A stretch of DNA of 57,439 nt from IMG/VR virus record IMGVR_UViG_3300046737_000215, positions 1-57,439 of that record. One strand, given 5' to 3'. Below the pieces are notes generated by a model. The model saw only the letters and a program-made list of their open reading frames with translations. It ran no database searches and was not told the DNA's origin. The stretch comes from a virus (lineage: Duplodnaviria > Caudoviricetes). Shown piece after piece: positions 55,190 to 57,439 of the stretch (positions within the stretch are counted from its first letter, which is position 1; the number at the start of each line of letters is the position of its first letter). A program made the translations under genes and the position numbers.

Positions 55190-56530
55190 TCAAGCTCGGA
55201 ACGACGAGCCGATGACGACAACCATCTGCCTTTTGCCGTCGTGGTGCAGAACGCAATGGGCTTGGGTCCACGAACTTGGCTTTTTGTTGTATGACATCTC
55301 CAACTTGGCGGTGACGCCGACCTGGAAGGCGCCGTCCCGGATACCGCACGTATGGCTATGCCCGATCGTCACCTTGCAGCCCAGCTTCGAGTACCCGAGC
55401 AGCGACCCTCGGGAGCCGTTCGTTCCGGCGTCGCCATGAAAAGCGTGCTCTACATCCGCCAACATCAGCGAGTCCTCGCGCCCGAGGAAGCGCACCGAGT
55501 CGGGCACTCCCAGACGTCGACACTCGGTCGCCAAGATGTCTGGCCACTTTTTCGTCTCCCGGAAAGACTCGTACTGGTTGGTCCACAGTCGGTGCCAGTA
55601 CGGGGTGTTGATGGGGTCGGCGGCGGGGTCGTGCTCGTCCAACCAGCGGCCGAGGTGGTCGTGGTGGTTGCTCGCGACAACGTCGACCTCGTCGGCGCCC
55701 CAGCGGCTAAAGGCCCCCAGCATCGCGGCGGTCGACCGGACTTCGTCCTCGACCTCCAGCAGCCGCTTGACGTACTTCGCCTTAGGGGAGCGTTCGTGGT
55801 GCGACCGGGTCGCCCCATCGAATACGTCGTGGAGGACGAGGTGCTGCGGACGCACGCACTCCACGAGCGCCTTGGCGGCCTTCAGCGAGGCGATATCCTC
55901 GTGCCCTACGTGGATGTCACCGAGCACCACGCTGAGGGCGCGCTCAGCCTCGTAGGCGCCTTCCGGGGTGTAGCGGACATCCAAGTCCGTGAACGCCCCG
56001 GACTTACACGCCGAGACGTTTCGGACGTGAAAGCGCTTGCCGACGACTTCGACGACGACGGCGCCCAAGACGTGGTGCTCCTTCGCCTTGACCCCGGCGC
56101 GGGACGCCGAGTAGCGGGGCAGCGTACACGCGCCCGTGGACCAAATAATACGGGGAACGCGGTTGGTGGTCGGCACGACGGTTAGGGCGCGCTTGACGTG
56201 CCCCACGATGGCCGAGGTGCCTTTGCACAGAACCTCTAACCCCGTAGTCGGGTTGCCAGCCGTTGGCTGCACGGGCAGGTCCGCGAAGAGGGTCAGATTC
56301 TCGCCGAGCACTCGACGCTTGCGCGTCAAAAACGGCAGTACGGCTGCCGCATAGGTGGCGTCTTTGATACGCTTGTCTTTACCGCGCTTGGCGGTAGGGT
56401 TGACGTACTTGGCAGCGACCACGATGATCTCGGCGTCGTTGTGCTCAGCGTAAGCTTCGATGGACGCCCAAAAGCCCTTGTGAAGGGGCGACTCGTTCAC
56501 TGCGGTCGTAATGATGTAGTTGCGGGTCAT
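55190..56530 (-). CDS. T5 A1-like protein with a calcineurin-like phosphoesterase domain
   Basis: YIITTAVN..HKGFWASIEAYA, PTA.NP..G, STG.CT...Y....AG.KA..HH, then GDIH, HDVFDG, SNHH, HGD, GHSH; resemblance to A1 recalled, not searched. Confidence 0.75.
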   Translation of the reverse strand: MTRNYIITTAVNESPLHKGFWASIEAYAEHNDAEIIVVAAKYVNPTAKRGKDKRIKDATYAAAVLPFLTRKRRVLGENLTLFADLPVQPTAGNPTTGLEVLCKGTSAIVGHVKRALTVVPTTNRVPRIIWSTGACTLPRYSASRAGVKAKEHHVLGAVVVEVVGKRFHVRNVSACKSGAFTDLDVRYTPEGAYEAERALSVVLGDIHVGHEDIASLKAAKALVECVRPQHLVLHDVFDGATRSHHERSPKAKYVKRLLEVEDEVRSTAAMLGAFSRWGADEVDVVASNHHDHLGRWLDEHDPAADPINTPYWHRLWTNQYESFRETKKWPDILATECRRLGVPDSVRFLGREDSLMLADVEHAFHGDAGTNGSRGSLLGYSKLGCKVTIGHSHTCGIRDGAFQVGVTAKLEMSYNKKPSSWTQAHCVLHHDGKRQMVVVIGSSFRA

Positions 56531-56669
56531 TTGGTCTTGACTTCCTTCATCTTCTTGGCGTCTGCCGCAGCCACGAGGACGTACTGCATAACGTACACGG
56601 CGCCCGAGGGGTCCTTGGATTGAAAGTATCCGAACGAGCCGTCCGGGAGTTCTACCAGCGTGCCGGGTT

Positions 56670-56921
56670 TCATCCTTCCGGCTCGCTCTTGACGCCGACG
56701 TCCGCCAACGCCTTTTCCAGTCCCGCGACGGTCTCGCGGATGGACTGCTCGACCGTGGGGTTCGCCTGCTTCGCCATCCGGCGGCGGGCGCCTGACAGCG
56801 TGTTGCCGGCGAGGGCCATAGTGGCGGTCGAGCAATCGGGCAGCTTGCCGGAGCCTTCGAGGGCGTCGAGGATGTAGTTCGTGCGGGCGAGTTTGCGGGC
56901 GATTTTACGGGCGATAGACAT
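56670..56921 (-). CDS. Hypothetical protein
   Basis: AGGAG SD before MSIARK. Confidence 0.6.
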   Translation of the reverse strand: MSIARKIARKLARTNYILDALEGSGKLPDCSTATMALAGNTLSGARRRMAKQANPTVEQSIRETVAGLEKALADVGVKSEPEG

Positions 56922-56934
56922 TTTAGCTCCTGTA

Positions 56935-57200
56935 TCGGTTAGAAAGTGCCCGTCTTTCCGAGCTGTCCCTGCCGGTACCGCCGGCAGCCGTTCCCTCTTA
57001 CGGGCTGGGTGCATTCCCAAATAGAGGGGCATGGCGACGCGTCTAACGTCCACACTGTGGAAACCCCGAGCGCGTTAAGCCCCGGAGAGTTCATGCCCCA
57101 ACTAACCCTCGAAGCGCCTGAACCATTCAGGCGGGCTTTTGCGACACATTAGTGCCGACCTTCGAGGGTTAGTTAGGGCCGCGACCGAAGTCGCGACGGT
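56935..57200 (-). ncRNA. Candidate highly structured RNA
   Basis: At least eight stems including a C(UUCG)G hairpin and a 15-bp stem closing a multibranch loop; G-U pairs favour the minus strand. Confidence 0.55.
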
Positions 57201-57203
57201 GGG

Positions 57204-57400
57204 TTACTTGGTTCTGGCAAAGTCTCCGTGGAGTCTCAAAGCAGCCTCGCAGTAGGCGGTGTGGGCCTCCTCTGGGGCTTCATAGTACCCCAGATAGTGC
57301 AGTTGGCCAAAGGCCATTATGCGAGCTTCCCACTTCTTCATGCCTTTAGACCAAGAGACTCCTTTGAAACCTGACGTGTTGTTTCGCTTTATCCTCTGGT
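57204..57400 (-). CDS. HNH-AP2 endonuclease, 3' part (AP2 domain)
   Basis: NNTSGFKGVSW....KWEARI......HYLGYY...EEAH.AY...ALRLHGDFA, in frame with 1..259. Confidence 0.9.
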
Positions 57401-57439
57401 TTTGGATGTTCTGCGCCCTTGAGCAGTCTCGCAGGTTGG
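57401..57439. repeat. Terminal overlap, copy 2
   Basis: Matches 1-39. Confidence 0.95.

Noticed and set aside
56935-57400. Group I intron carrying the HNH gene
   Set aside because: No P/Q/R/S core elements recognised, and the HNH gene directly follows an intact upstream gene, so no interrupted exon is evident
1-57439. CRISPR array, TIGR-like array, tRNA or tmRNA genes
   Set aside because: No regularly spaced repeat-spacer series and no cloverleaf or T-loop consensus found by eye; the Cas4-like gene is a common stand-alone phage nuclease

Overview
The window appears to be one complete, circularly closed ~57.4 kb GC-rich tailed dsDNA phage genome with a podovirus-like virion module. The first and last 39 bases overlap (38/39 identical), and an HNH-AP2 endonuclease gene reads across that junction. 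Replication and nucleotide genes include a family-A DNA polymerase, an SF2 helicase, a Cas4-like exonuclease, a divergent primase plus helicase pair, RuvC-like resolvase, DNA and RNA ligases, a T5 A1-like nuclease, DUF5664 and a HAD nucleotidase. The virion block (8.6-33.3 kb, minus strand) holds TerS, portal, scaffold, major capsid protein, adaptor/nozzle, four ejection-type proteins, TerL and two paralogous SGNH-esterase/lectin proteins. There is also an inverted lysis cassette, a small-gene early region with a serine resolvase, and a 1.5 kb non-coding region. The most unusual signals are non-coding. (1) A second promoter class, GGCC(G)-type -35 / 17 bp / TANNNT, mostly with leaderless starts, precedes late genes, while early genes use TTG-type -35 boxes. 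(2) Two copies of a 49-bp stem-loop with a compensatory base change lie 29,500 bp apart and bracket the virion module. (3) Gene junctions are duplicated, and one 52-bp duplication flanks an inserted antisense gene. (4) There are candidate structured RNAs. (5) One ejection protein carries an embedded GNAT domain. All protein calls are from motifs read by eye; no database searches were run, and the host is unknown.
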